Assembly (NCBI RefSeq): GCF_009914755.1
Contig: NC_060939.1
Source of the DNA: the human T2T-CHM13v2.0 reference genome, Homo sapiens
Length of the DNA stretch: 64,000 nucleotides
Direction: 5' to 3' (one strand)
The translations under genes were made by a program, and so were the position numbers. Below the pieces are notes generated by a model. It saw only the letters and a program-made list of their open reading frames with translations. It was not told the origin of the DNA and searched no databases. Below, piece after piece: positions 12,987 to 29,523 of the stretch. Numbering within the stretch: the stretch's first letter is position 1; the number at the start of each line of letters is the position of its first letter.

Positions 12987-15900
12987 ACTTAAATTACTTC
13001 TAGAGGAAAAACTTTTGATAATCACAGTTATTGTAGATTTTTACAGTGAAGATGAATAGATAATAAGCCTTGAATACAGAGAACATGACAAAATGACCTA
13101 ATATAAAGATAAAGATAAACAGTATCTATGTAGCTAAGAAAGGCAACAGAAAATATTCCAACATAAAATACAGGAAATGTTTAAAGATTAAGAGAGCTTA
13201 CATTACTTCATAAAAAATTGACTCAGAACATCACCATCAAGAATATCCTTATTAAATCATAAAACATTAAGAAAGAACAATAATTTTTCAAGCTTCCATG
13301 CAGTAAATGTAAGTCACCTACAAGAAAGAAAATTCAGTGTAGACTCGGCCTTCCCCACAGAAATAACTAAGATAATGGAATAATGTCTTGAAGTTCTGAA
13401 GGAGAGATATTGTGAATCATAAATATGATCTCAAACCAACATATAATTCAGGTAGAAATGCCACAGGCCTAAAATATGTAAGAACTCAAGGGACAGAGCA
13501 TATATGAGCTTTTCCTAGAAAAAAGTTTTTTTCTTAATAAAATCCAGCAAACCAAAAGATAAAACAACTCATAAATGAAGAATTGGTAAGCAATGAGTCG
13601 ATTTACATATATAAGGAAAACTAAACTGAGGAATTTAAAGTTACAGAGGAAAACATAAATTTGATCAACTTTAACAAGAGAAAAATAATAAAACTATGAA
13701 TAATTATTGTGGAAAGATTAGGATGATATACGAGTGCTAATTTTCTCATCTCTTTTTAGCAAGGGTTCCCTAAAAATGTTCAGAAATTAAAATGAAATTG
13801 AATAAATACAACTCCAAACTCTCAATACGTTTCATATTTTATTATCTCAAAAAATTCTTATGAGAATGAATTCTTGTGATTAACACGATAAACTCAAGAA
13901 TTTCCTCAATTTCACTTCCATTTCATCTCCTTCCCTTAAAATGGAACTAAAATAAAGATTAATACATCTTACTACGAAGTATCATGTATAGCATAATTCT
14001 ATTTTATAAGATTATCCATTCATGCAATCTGAATATAATAATAGGAAAATGTCTGAAACAGTGTCTACCTAATGTTAATGGTGGCTATTTCTGAGGGTGG
14101 GATTGAGTTTCCTTTGCTATGTTGCTTAAATTCTTCAAAATAAAAATGAATCACTTTTAAAATAAAAATATGGCCACTATTTTAAATACAATATAATATT
14201 AAAGAAATCTAGAGTAATGGATTTATACTTAGGCTTGAAGACCATAAAAAGTCCCTGAAGGTTTTTGGCCTGAGAGGCATTACAATACCCTCCAGAAAGA
14301 TTAATCTGGAGGGAGGAGGAACAAAAGGGAAGAATATCAACTGTAAATATTTAGGAGGGAGATAAAAATAAACTGGTGGCAGCTGCAATGGAAAATGTAG
14401 CTGCCTACAGAGTTAGAGAACTGCAGGTGTATGTATACATAGGACTCCAAAGAAGATGTCAGAAAAAATCAGCCTATCTTTCTGGCTGATACACAAAAAG
14501 TTGTCAAGAAGAGATTAAAAAGAAAAGTGAAATGAAGTAAATGAATACAAGTTTTCCAAATCTAGGTTAATGGGTGACTAGTTATTATTATCATTATCTG
14601 AAATATGGAATTCAGTAAAGCAGTTGGTTTGGGATAAAGGAGATGGTGAGCTAATGAGTTCCACTCAATACAAGCACCAAACAATAGGCAATTGAGTCTA
14701 GAGCTCAGTTGAAGGTAGGGCTAAAGATTCAGATTTAGAAATCACTGCAGAGAAGACACTGAAGCAATGGTAGTGACTGTGATACTAAAAAAGAAGAGTA
14801 AGTGAAGTGAAACTTCATTTTTCAGTTACGTTTAACTAACAAAATAAAGAAGGGAAGACAGTAAAGGATTGGTTAGAGAGTAGAGAGAAAATTAAGATAG
14901 TGCAGAAGTTTTCTAGAAAAAGATGCCTGATGGTGTTCATATGAAGTGACTCAGAAAAGTCTTTTAAACTCAGTGAAAACAGAGAAATATTCTCAAAGGC
15001 AAATATAGTTGCAGAAAGGGGAAAATCATATAAGGAATTAAGGAAGACATGGGTGATCGGTATTAGAAACAAGCTCAGGCCACTATTTCTCAGAAATTTG
15101 GGGATTTACAAAAGTACAAAATAGGTAATCTATAAAACAGGTGTACAAAAGTAGGTAATCTAGAGGAAGAAAGCAAAGGACCAGGCACAAGAATTTAACT
15201 GATAAAAAAAACAATTCCAAGAGCAGCAAAGGGGACAAAAATAGGACCCACAGCACAAGGAATAAGAAACAGGTGTCTTTTCCTAAAAAAAAAAAAAAAA
15301 AAAAAAAAAGGAATAAAAATAAACAGCAGTTATTGCTAGACATGCTGCAACTGAAAATGAGTCAATGAGACCATCAAGAAACTGAAAATGAAAGTCAATA
15401 TTAGACTATTAAATAATGGACTATGATCTAATATAAAATCAGGTTTTGAATAACTCAGGCTGCAATATTAATCACCATCAACAGAATACTAGCTAACTTA
15501 TTTTCAATCACCAATCTACCTAAGAAAGAACTAAAGGATTTGAAATGGCCATTAATTTATCCCAAGGACTCATAAAAAGCATACATGGAAAAAAAACATC
15601 TTGAGTATGTAACAGGACTAAAATGGTACATGGTCTCAAGGAAAGTACACTTATAGTAAAATTTAAATTAAAAAAATTACTGGATTATTAGTACTTTTTG
15701 ATTAGTAACAGAACAACAGAAATACATGAGACTTCAGAAAAAAATAAGTAGAACATTTCTTCTATAATTCTAATATTTTACTAAGTGCTTTTGTTATAAC
15801 AAAGATGACATTAACTGCTTCACAACATGCATAATCTAACTTAATACTTACAATAATTGACATGTAGGTAAAATTATTCCAATTTTAAAGATGAACAAAT

Positions 15901-16239
15901 AGGCTCAGAGAGGTAAAATAATACCTAAGGATATTCAGCTACTAAGTGGTGGAGTCAGAACCGAAGTCCAAGTTTATCTAACTCAAGAGACTTCGGTCGT
16001 CACTATGATAATAAAAATACTTTTGAATAAGGAAAAAAATACCATGTCTATTTTCTTTGTAGAAATGGAATACATGTCCAGACAGGATTTCACAGTTTAT
16101 TGAACTGAAAACGGTGACAACTGAGAGCACCAACAGGTGGGCAAGTGGTAGCAAGGTTTTAAAACAGTATTTACATTAGCAAGAATTTTAGTACAGACTC
16201 TTAATTCACTTATCATGAATTATTCTGCCAAAAGGGTAC

Positions 16240-18410
16240 TGAAACTGATAAGCTGTTCTGGCAAGGTTTCAGGATATAAAAATCAATGTACAAAAATCAG
16301 TAGCATTTCTATCCACCAATAATGCCCAGGAAAACAGTCAAATCAAGAACACAATACCATACAAAATAGCCAAAGAAAATGGAATACCTAGGAAAATACA
16401 GCTAACCAAAGAGGTGAAAGAACTGAACAAGGAGAATGACAGAACACTGCTGAAAAAAATCAGAGATGACACAAACAGAAAAACATCCCATGTGCATGTA
16501 TTAGAAGAATCAGTATCATTAAAATCGCCATAAGCAATTTACAGATTTGATGCTATCCTATCAAACCACCAGTGGCATTCTTCACAAAATTAGAAAAAAA
16601 ACTATTCTAAAATTCGTATGGAACCAAAAAAGTGCCCCAATAGCCAAAGCAATAGTAAGCAAAAGGAACAAAGCTTGAGGCATCACATTACCCGACTTCC
16701 AACTATGCCACAAGGCTACAGTAAACAAAACAGCATGGTACTGGTACAAAACAGACACACAGACCAATGGAACAGAACAGAAAATTCAGAAATAAAGCTG
16801 CACATCTACAACCATCTGATCTTCAACAAGGTCAACAAAAACAAGCAATGGGAAAAGGACTCCTTCTTCAATAAATGGCACTAGGATAACTGGTTAACTA
16901 TATGCAGAACAACAAAACTAGACCCTTACTTTTAACTACATACAAAAATTGACTTAAGATGGATTAAAGATTTAAATGTAAGGCCTCAAACTATAAAAAT
17001 CCTAGAAGAAAACCTAGGAAATACCCTTCTTGACATCTGCTTGACAAGTCAATTTTGGCTGTATCTCCAAAAGTAATTGGAACAAAAACAAAAGTTGACA
17101 AGTAGGGCCTAATTAAGCTAAAAATCTTCTGCACAGCCAAAGAAACTATCAACAGAGTAAAAAGACAACCTACAGAATGGGAGACAATATTTGCAAACAA
17201 TGCATCTAACAAAGTCTAATATCCAGGATATATAAGGAACTTAAATCAACAAGCAAAAAAACAAATAACCCCATTTTTAAAAATGAGCAAAAGACATGAA
17301 TTGACATTTCTCAAAAGACATACAAGTGTCCAACTAACATGAAAAAATTCTTAGCATCATTAAGCATCAGAGAAATACAAATCAAAATCACAATGAGATA
17401 CCATCTCACACCAGTCAGAATGGCTATTATTAAAAAGTTAAAAAACAAGAGATGCTGGCAAGGCTACAGAGAAAAGGGAACGCTTATACACTGTTGGTGG
17501 GAATGTAAAATAGTTCAGCCACTGTGGAACGCAGTGTGGCAATTTCTGAAAGAACTTAAAACACAGCTACCATTTGACCCAGCAATTCCATTACTGGGGA
17601 TATACCCATTGGAAAACAAATTATTATACCAAAAAGACATGTGCAGTCATATGTTCATTGCCATGCTATTCACAATAGCAAAGACATGGAATCAACCCAG
17701 GAGTCCATCAATAGTGCCTATCGATAGACTGGATTAAAAAAAATGTGGTACATATACAACATGGAATACTACGCAACCAAAAGAAGAATGAAATTGTATC
17801 CTTTGCAGCAACATAGATGGAACTGAAGGCCATAATCCTAAGTGAATTAATGCAGGAACAGTAAACCAAATTTTCTCATTTGTAAGTGGGAGCTAAACAA
17901 TAAGCACATATGGACATAAACATGGGAACAATAGATACTGCAGACTACTCGAAGTAGAGAGGGAAGGGAGAGAAGGTTAAAAACTACCTAGTGACCTGTA
18001 ATCCCAGCACTTTGGGAGTCCGAGGTGGGTGGATCACCTGAGGTTAGGAGTTCAAGACCAGCCTGGCCAAAATGGTGAAACCTCGTCTCTACTAAAAAAT
18101 AAAAAAATAAAAAAATTAGCCAGGCGTGGTGGCGTGTGCTTGTAATCTCAGCTACTCGGGAGGCTGAGGCGGGAGAATGGCTTGAACCCGGGAGGCAGCT
18201 GTGTCAGTGAGCTGAGATTGCACCACTGCACTCCAGCCTGGGTGACAGAGTGAGACTCCATCTCAAAAAACAAAACAAAACAAAACAAAGCAAAACAAAT
18301 TTGCCTATGGAGTACTATGCTCATTACTAGGGTACAATATATCCATGTAACAAACCTGCACATGTACCCCATGTATCCAAAATAAAAGTTGGAATTTTAA
18401 GAAAAAGAAT
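16240..18410 (+). mobile_element. 5'-truncated LINE-1 (L1PB or old L1PA type), with an AluS at about 17992-18298 in its 3' UTR
   Basis: ORF2 C-terminal remnants (ORF 17339..17737 [15 protein letters not shown]...HCWWECK) and 3' UTR end 'aaacctgcacatgtacccc...aaataaaagtt'. Confidence 0.9.
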
Positions 18411-19031
18411 TAAAAGAACTATAAATGGTAGCTGATCTCCTCATGTAAAGATAGCCAGGAGTTGACCATCCATCTCTATGGAAATTATTTAAACTGTGAT
18501 AAATAATTAGCTTAATTTGCTTATAAAAGTCACTTTGGCTTAATAAAATCATATTGAAAGTAAGTATATCAAGCAATTAGACAAGTCAAAATGTATGTAA
18601 GTCATATGACAAAATATCACAAAATGAGAATACTAAAGTAATAAGTACAGTGATAAAATCAAAGCCTTTGGAACCAGAAAGATCTGGATTTAATTCTGCC
18701 TTTCTGATCATCAATAATCTACCTTCAGACTGTCCCTCGAAAACAAAAAGATAAAAATACTAATAATACATAGATCAGAAATTCCACTTCCAGCCATAAG
18801 TAACAGGATGAGATTTACCCTTGCACTTTAAACAACAAAATTGGACAAATATACAAAATATCTAAATTCAATTAATGTAATACACCAGATCAATAGAACA
18901 GGGACAAAAAATATAGTGTAACAGCAATAGATGGAGAAGAAGCATTTGACAAAATCCAATATCCCTTCATAATAAAAATACTCAACAAACGATGAATAAA
19001 AATGAACTTCCTTGACCTGATAAAGGACATA

Positions 19032-19211
19032 TAGTTGTCCCTCAGTATCCATGGGGGATTGATTCCAGGATCCACCATGGATACCAAAATCCATAGATGC
19101 TGAAGTCCCTTACAGTTGATCCTCTGCATTCACGGATTCAATCACCTATTGATTAAGCTGCAGGTGGTTGAATCTGCACATGCAGAACCCACAGATACCA
19201 AGGCTCAACTG
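19032..19211. mobile_element. MER2-family Tigger MITE
   Basis: 'agttgtccctcagtatccatgggggattg...caactg' flanked by TA, interrupting an L1 ORF2 remnant. Confidence 0.75.
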
Positions 19212-19986
19212 TATATGAAAACTCTACACTTAACATCATACTTGATGAAAGATTAAATACATCTAGGAAGATAAGGAATAACAAATGGATGTCTACTCTC
19301 ACTACTTCTATTCAACAATATACTATAGGTTCTAGCCAGAGCAATTAAACAAGAAAAAGAAATCAAAGACATCCAACTGGAAAGCAAAAGCAAAACAAAC
19401 TATATTTGCAGACTATGTGATCTTGTTTATGAAGAATCCAAAAGAATTCACTAAAAAGCTATTAAAACTAATGAAGGAGTTCAAACAAGATTACAAGACA
19501 TAAGATCAATATATAAAAATTGATTGTGTGTCTACACATTAGCAATGAATAATCAAAAATGAAATTAAGATAACAATATCATTTATAATTGCATCCAAAA
19601 GAACACTTACAAATAAATTTAAACAAAGCAGTGAAATACTTGTATGTTAAAAACAAAACAATGCTGAAAGAAATTAAAGAAGACAAATAAACAGAAGGAA
19701 ATTCCACGTTCATAAATGAGAAGACTAATATTGTTAAGATGGTAATACTACTCAAAAGGATATAAAGATATGTAATCCCTAACAAAACGCCAACAGGCTT
19801 TTTTGCAGATACGAAAAACCAAACCTCAATTCACATGGAATGGCAAGGTACACTACATTGGTACATCATGTTTGGTGGGGACAGGGATAACAAAGTTGGA
19901 GGACTCACTGTTCCCATTTCAAAGCTTACTAAAAAGCTACAGTAATCAAAATAGTGTGGTACTGGCATAAGGACAGACATACAGAC

Positions 19987-21139
<1,153 letters not shown>

Positions 21140-24100
21140 TGAACCCCTACCACAGATCATACACAAAAATTAACTCAAAATGTCTTTACAATTTAAATAT
21201 AAAAATCTAAAATCACAAAATCTTAGAAGAAAACAAAGAGGTAAATCTTCATGATCTTGGATTTGATAATTATTTCTTAGCACCAAAAACTAAGCAACAA
21301 AAAAAGAGAAATACACTGGAATTTGACAACATTAAAAACTTTTATGAAAAGAACATTATCAAGAAAGTGAAAAGGCAACTTGCAAAATTAAAGAAAATAT
21401 TTGCAAATCACAAGTTTCATAAGGATCTAGTATCCAGAACATACAAGGAACTCGTATAACTGAACAACAAAAAGACAAACTGCCCAGGTAAAATGTGAGC
21501 AAAGGATTTTGAACAGAGATTTTTTCCAAGAAGATATACAAATGGCCAAAAAGTACATGAAAAGATGCTCTACAGTATTAGTCTTTGGGGAAATAGATAA
21601 ATTTCTTGAGTGACACAAATTATATAATAGAAACAGATAATAGGAATAGCTCTATGTAAATTAAAGAAATAAAACTTTTAGGCAAAAATCTTCCCACAAA
21701 GAAAACCCCAGACCCAGATAGCTTCCTTGGTAGATTTTACAAGAAAAAAAAAATTAAACAATAAATTGTATCAATTCTACACAAACAACTCTAAAAAAAT
21801 TGAAGATGATAGAACCCTTCCTAAATCACTTTACAAAGCCAGCATATCCTGTTACCAAAACCAAAGACATTACAAGAAAAGAAACTACAGAACACCCTCG
21901 GTCATGAACACTGATGCAAAAATTCCTAAAATTTTAGCAAATCAAATTCACCAATACACAAAAATGATAATATACTATGAATACATAAGGTTTATCTCAG
22001 AAATGCACGGTTGGTTTAATATTTGAAAATCAAGCAGTGAAATTCATCATTAAAAAAAAAATTTAATGGTATCTTAATTGACAAAACACCATGTGAACAA
22101 TTTTAAAGTCCAATCATGGTAAAGATTTTCAGTAAACTAAGACTAGAAAGAAATTTCCTCAATTTGATAACAAACATCTATGAAATGTCTATAGCTAATA
22201 TTGTACTTAATGGTGAAGAGTAAATGCTTTTCCCCTGAGACTGGGAACAAGAAAAGATGTCAGCTCTCTTCACAACTACTCAACACTGCAGTAGTCCCAG
22301 CTATTGCAATAAAAGGAGATAAAAAATAAAAAACATACAGACTGGAAAGAAAGAAATAACAATAGACCTAATAAGTGAGTTTACTAGCAAGGTTGTAAAA
22401 CACAAGGTACATATACAGAAATCAACTGCATTGCTATGTATTAGCAATCAACAGAAAAAAATTAAAACAAAATATCATTGAATATACCATCAAACATATG
22501 AACTACAGATAAATTTCACAAAACAGATGCAAAGGCAAGAATCTAAATAAATTGAGATATATGTCATGTTCATGGAAAGAAATGCTCAATATCATTAAGA
22601 TGTCAATTCTCCTCCAAATTAATCCATAAATTCAATGCAAACCCAATTTAAACCCAGATAGGCTTTAAAAAATATTTTTGTAGAAATTCAAAAGCTGATC
22701 CTGTAACTTATATGGAATACAAAGGATCTAAAATAGCCAAAATAGCTCAGAAAAAAAACAACAAAGCTTATGGACTTGTACTTCCTGATTTCAATTTATT
22801 ATAAAGGTACAACAATCAAGATAGAGTGGTACTGGTATAAAAACAGGCACAAGAGATAAAGTAAACAGAATCAAGTTAGAAAGAAAACTCACATATTCAT
22901 GGCCAATTCATTTTCAACAATGTTATTAAAGCAATTCAATGTAAAAAGAACAGTCTTAAACAACTGGTGCTGGAACAGTACACATCCATATGAAAAAAAA
23001 AAATCTCAACCCTAACTCATAATACAGACAAGTACAAAACCTACAAAGACTAAATCAAAAAAATTTAGAAAATATGAATAGACTTACAACTAGTAAGGAC
23101 ATTGATCAGTAATTTAGAAATCTCCTAAGAAAATCCCTGGACCTGATGGCTTTATGGGTGAATTCTATCAAACACTTAAAGAACTGACACCAATCCTTCT
23201 CAAACTCCAAACAATTGAAGAGGAGGGAATACATCCTAACTCATTCTATCGGGCCAGCATTACCCTGATACCAAAACCAGACAGAAACTACAAGGAAAAA
23301 ACTATAGACCAATATCCTTTATCAATATTAATGCAAAAACTCTCAACAAAATACTAGTGAAGCATATTAAAAGGATTATACACCATGACCAAGTGGGATT
23401 TATTCCTGGAATGGTACAACATATGAAAACTGGCCAATGTAACATTACACATTAACAGAATTAAAGAGGAAAAAAACACACAGTCTCAACTGATGCAGAA
23501 GAAAACATTTGACAATTCAACATCTTTCATGATAAAAAACAACAAACTAGGAACAGAACAAACTCAAAAGCTATGTATGAAAAAACCTCAACAAATATCA
23601 TATTCAATGGTAAAAGACTGAAAGCTTTTACTCTGATATCAGGATCAAGATAAAGATACCTGCTTTCACCACTTTTATTTAAGGTAGCACCAGAAGTTCA
23701 AGCCAGAAAAATTAGGAAAGTAAAAGAAATAGTGCCCAAATTTAGAAAGTAGTAAGATTATCTTTGTTCACAGATGATATGAACTTATATGTAGAAAACA
23801 CTTACAGATTCCACCAAAAAAAATTGTTAGAAGTAGTAAAAATTCAGTAAAGAAGCAGGATACAAAGTCAACACACAAAAATCAATTGCATTTCTATACA
23901 CTAACAAGGAACAATCTGAAAAGGAGATCATGAAAACAACTCCATTAACAATAGCACCAAAAATAATAAAATACTTAGTAATTAACCATGGAGGCAAAAG
24001 ACACATACAATAAAAACTATAAAACATTATTGAAAAATTAAAGACAACACAAATAAATAAAAAATTATCCCATGATCATAAACCAGAACACTTAATATTG

Positions 24101-26623
24101 TTAAGATATCAACAATACACAAAGTGATGTACAGATTCAATGCAATCTTTACCAAAATTCCAATGATGACTCTGCAGAAACAGAAAAGTCCACCCTAAAA
24201 TTCATATGGAATCTCAAGGGACCCCAAATAACCAAAACAATTTTGAAAAAGAACAACAAAATTGGATGACTCCCACTTCCTAATTTCAAAACTTACAACA
24301 AAACTACAATCATGAAAACAGTATAGTACTAGCACTAAAACAGACATATAGACCTATGGAATAGAACACGGGGCTAAGAAATAGACCCTCACAGATATAG
24401 TCAAATAATTTTTGACAAGGGTGCCAAGATAATTTAATGGACAAAGAAAAGCCTTTTCAGCAAATGGTAATGGGAAAACTCGACAGCCACATGGCAAAAA
24501 ATCAAGCTAAACCTTTACCTAACACCACATACTGAAATTAACTCGAAATGGATCAATTACCTAAATATAAGATCTAAAGCTATAAAACTCTTAGAAGAAG
24601 ACACAGGATCAAAGTGTCACGACACTAGATTTTGCAATGATTTATTGGATATGACACCAAAGTCACAGGCAACAAAAGAAAAAAACAGACAAATTGGACT
24701 TTGTGAAAATTAAAACATTTTGCATGTCAAAAGATGCTACTGTCAAAGTAAAAATGCAACCCACAGAATGGGAGAAAACGTTTGCAAATCATATCTTTGA
24801 TTTAAAACAAATTGATATCAAGAATATATACAGAAGTCTTAAAACTCCACAATAAAAAAAAAAAACTCAATTCAAGAATGTGAAAAGGATTTGAACAGAC
24901 ATTTCTCCAAGAGGATATACAAATGGCCAATAAGCACATGAAAAGATGCTCAACATCACTAATCATTAGAGAAATGCAAATCAAAACTACAACGAGATAC
25001 CAAATAACACACATCAGAATGACTACTATCACAAAAACAAAATGATGGGAGTTAGAGAGGATATGGAATAACTGGAACCCTTGTGCACTACTGATGGGAA
25101 TATAAAAATGGTGAACTACATGTAGAAAACAGCATGGTGATTCCTCAAAAAATTAAAAATAGAATTACTGTATGATCCAGCCTTTCCAATTCTGGGTATA
25201 TACCCAAAAGAATTCAAAGCAGGAACTGGAGAGTTATTTGTACACCCATATTTACAACAGCACTGTTCACAATAGCTAAAATGTAGTAATAACTCAAATG
25301 TCCATTGAGGTATGAATGGATAAGCAAAATGTGGTACATACATACAATGGAAAATTACTCAGCCTGAAAAGGGAAGGAAATTCTAACATATGCTATAACA
25401 TTGAAGACCTTATGCTAAATGAAATAAGCCAGTCACAAAAGGATAAAATTACACCATATCATTCCATTTACAAGAGGTACTTACAGTAGTCAAAATCATA
25501 GATCTAGAAAGTAGAATGATGATTGCCAGGGGCTGGGGGTGAGAATGAGGAGTTACTGTTTAATGAGTATAGAGTTTCAGTTTTACAAGATGAAAAAGAG
25601 TAATGAAGATACATGGTGGTGATGACTGCATAACATGAATGCATTAAAACCACTGAATTGTATACTTAACAATGATTCAGATGATAAATTTTACATTATG
25701 TTTTTCCCACAAAAAAAATAGGAAAAAAATTAGACTCTATACATGTATTTAAAAAAAATGACTCAAATTAAAATGTGTAACTGTGTCAAGTGCTGGTCAG
25801 AATATGGCACAACTAGAACTCTCATTCACTGCTGGTAGGAATGTAAAATATTTAACTAGTATGGAAAACCATGTGTAAAACTTAAACATGAACCTATTGT
25901 AAGATGCTATACACCAATCCACTCCTAGGTTTTTATAAAATAAAAATGAAAGTACACATCTGCACAAAGATGTATACATGAATTGCCACAGCAGCTATAT
26001 TTGTAATAGAAAAAAACTGGAAAGAAAACACATGTCCATCAACAAGTGACTGGGTTAACAAATTATGGTATTTCCATACGTAAAGAAATGGAATGACCCA
26101 GCAATGAAAAGAAAGGAGCTATTCACACACACAACAGGATGGATGAAGTTCAAAGTAACTGTTATGAGGGAAAGCCAGAGAAAACAATAGATACTGTATG
26201 ATTCCATGCACATAAGTTCTAGAAAAAGCAAACATCTATACTGATAGAAAGCAGATCAGTAATTAGATAATAGAGTTGAATGAAGGAATGAATTACAAAG
26301 AGGAATTGTGTATTATGTTCATTGTACTGATAGTTTCAAGGATATATACATGTCAAAACTCATCAAATGGAATACTTTACATATGTGCTGCTTATTCTCT
26401 ATCAATTATACCTTTACAGGGTTGTAAAAATAATAATAGATGGCTCATAGAATTATCAAAGGGATAAAATATTGCACCTGGTAAGTTTTAAATGAGTGTG
26501 TAAAATGCTGTTATTCTACAACAGAATAAACATTGGATAAACATTATCTTCTATTACTATTATATAACAATTCAAAAAAGTACTTGGGTAATTAAGTCAA
26601 CATTTAAAGCTCTTATGATATAC

Positions 26624-26764
26624 CTTAGCTTCTTCTTCTTGTGCTTTTTTCACAATTGCTTGTAACTGCACTTCTCGCTTAAACTCAGCATGAAGTAATT
26701 TTTCTTCCATCATCCTGCGTCGTTGATCTAGCAATTCTTCCTTCCACTTCCGGACATCCTTCTC
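26624..26764 (-). CDS. SCAPER: SCAPER coding exon, 141 nt (phase 0 to 0): EKDVRKWKEELLDQRRRMMEEKLLHAEFKREVQLQAIVKKAQEEEAK
   Basis: Acceptor tacgtag|GAG, donor AAG|gtatat, 47 open codons. Confidence 0.95.
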
Positions 26765-28390
26765 CTACGTATAGTGAATCATCACATCCTTAATTTCAAT
26801 ATATACAATCATTTAAAAGAAGTACAAACAAGTAAATGGCTTATGAAATATAAACTCTAAGCGTGGAAAAATGTGCAGCAACATGACTAACAATTAAGGA
26901 CACAGACTATGAAGCCAGACTACCTGAATTCATAATCTACATTGGCCACTTACTAGCTGCATAATCTAGACAACTTTTTTAGCCTATGTCTCAGTTTCCT
27001 TACCTATAAACAGGAAATAAAAATAACATTACCTAACTCACAGGATTATTTGAAGGTTCATAAAACTCTCAGAACAGTGGCTTAGACATGCCTCTACAGA
27101 AATATTTGCTATTATTCTTGTACTGTTACCATGAGTATGTTTAAAATGAATATAGTGTATAATTCTTGTCCTTATAAATGTTAACATCTCTATGATGTAA
27201 CCCACATTCAAGAAAAATAAGTAATTTTATCCTAGAAACTGAAAAATGACATCTAACAAATCACATTATTTGCATAAGAAACATTCTCTGAAGGAACAGA
27301 GAGGGTTTCACCTACAAAAAAAGATAGATGTAGTAATTGCTATTTGATGTTATTTTAAGAAATTAACCCTTAAAACTTTAATTCCTTAAAACAATCTCAA
27401 ACAGAAGAAGCAAAAGCTTGTTCTGTGCTCCAGGAAATAAGATTCAGCACCAATGAAAATAAATTATAGAAAATCAGAAGATGGGTCAATATGAGTGGAA
27501 AAAACCTAACATTTTAATTGTTTTTTCTCTCAATAATTGTGTTGAACCATCCAAAAAAGTATGATACAAAAATAGCACTATACTAAGAGCCAGATGACAT
27601 GTCCTTAAAGCCTTAGCTCTGCAAATTATTGGTTGTGTAACACTAGAAACAACACTTAGCCTCTCCTAGATTGTTTTTACTTCTATAAAATGAGGTTCAG
27701 TACCTGCCCTGTGTACATCATAGAGTTATTGTGGTGATCTGATGATATTACTCATGTGAAACAGTGTTGAAAACAATAATCCATCATACAAATGGAAGAT
27801 GAAAGTTGCCATTAAAATTAATTGAAGGGATACCTACATTGATGAGAAAATAACCAGAAAACATCTAAAGTCTTGTATACTTTCACTAATCTATGATTTT
27901 CTTGCATGAATACTTGGAGATCATATTTAGATAAAAGAAAATACACTATAATTTTGCTGGCATTAAAAAACACAGTAAGAGAAGAACTGTGATTGTGTTA
28001 GAGCACTTCTCTTAAGCTAAAATTAAAATAATACATTGACTCTTGCAGAACCCCACAAGAGACTGCTTTTCATATCAAATCTATTCATCTAATGACAAAT
28101 TCTTGAGATTCAAGTAAAAAGAAAAATCAAAGAATTTTCTTACAGTCCTAGTCAACTTTACTACTGTATTCAACAGAATCGTGTGCTACCTAACGCATTT
28201 TTATGAACACTCAGATTATGTGGTCCAACTATTTCTCCCAAATTTAAATCACACACTAAAAGTAATCCAAATAATATGCTTAACCCATGCATATTTATAT
28301 TCCTTTCTAATACCAGAAGGTAACGAAAGAGTTCACCTGTAATTACAATATAGTGGCCATATATCTTTCAACATGCTGTGTTAGGTACTT

Positions 28391-29523
<1,133 letters not shown>
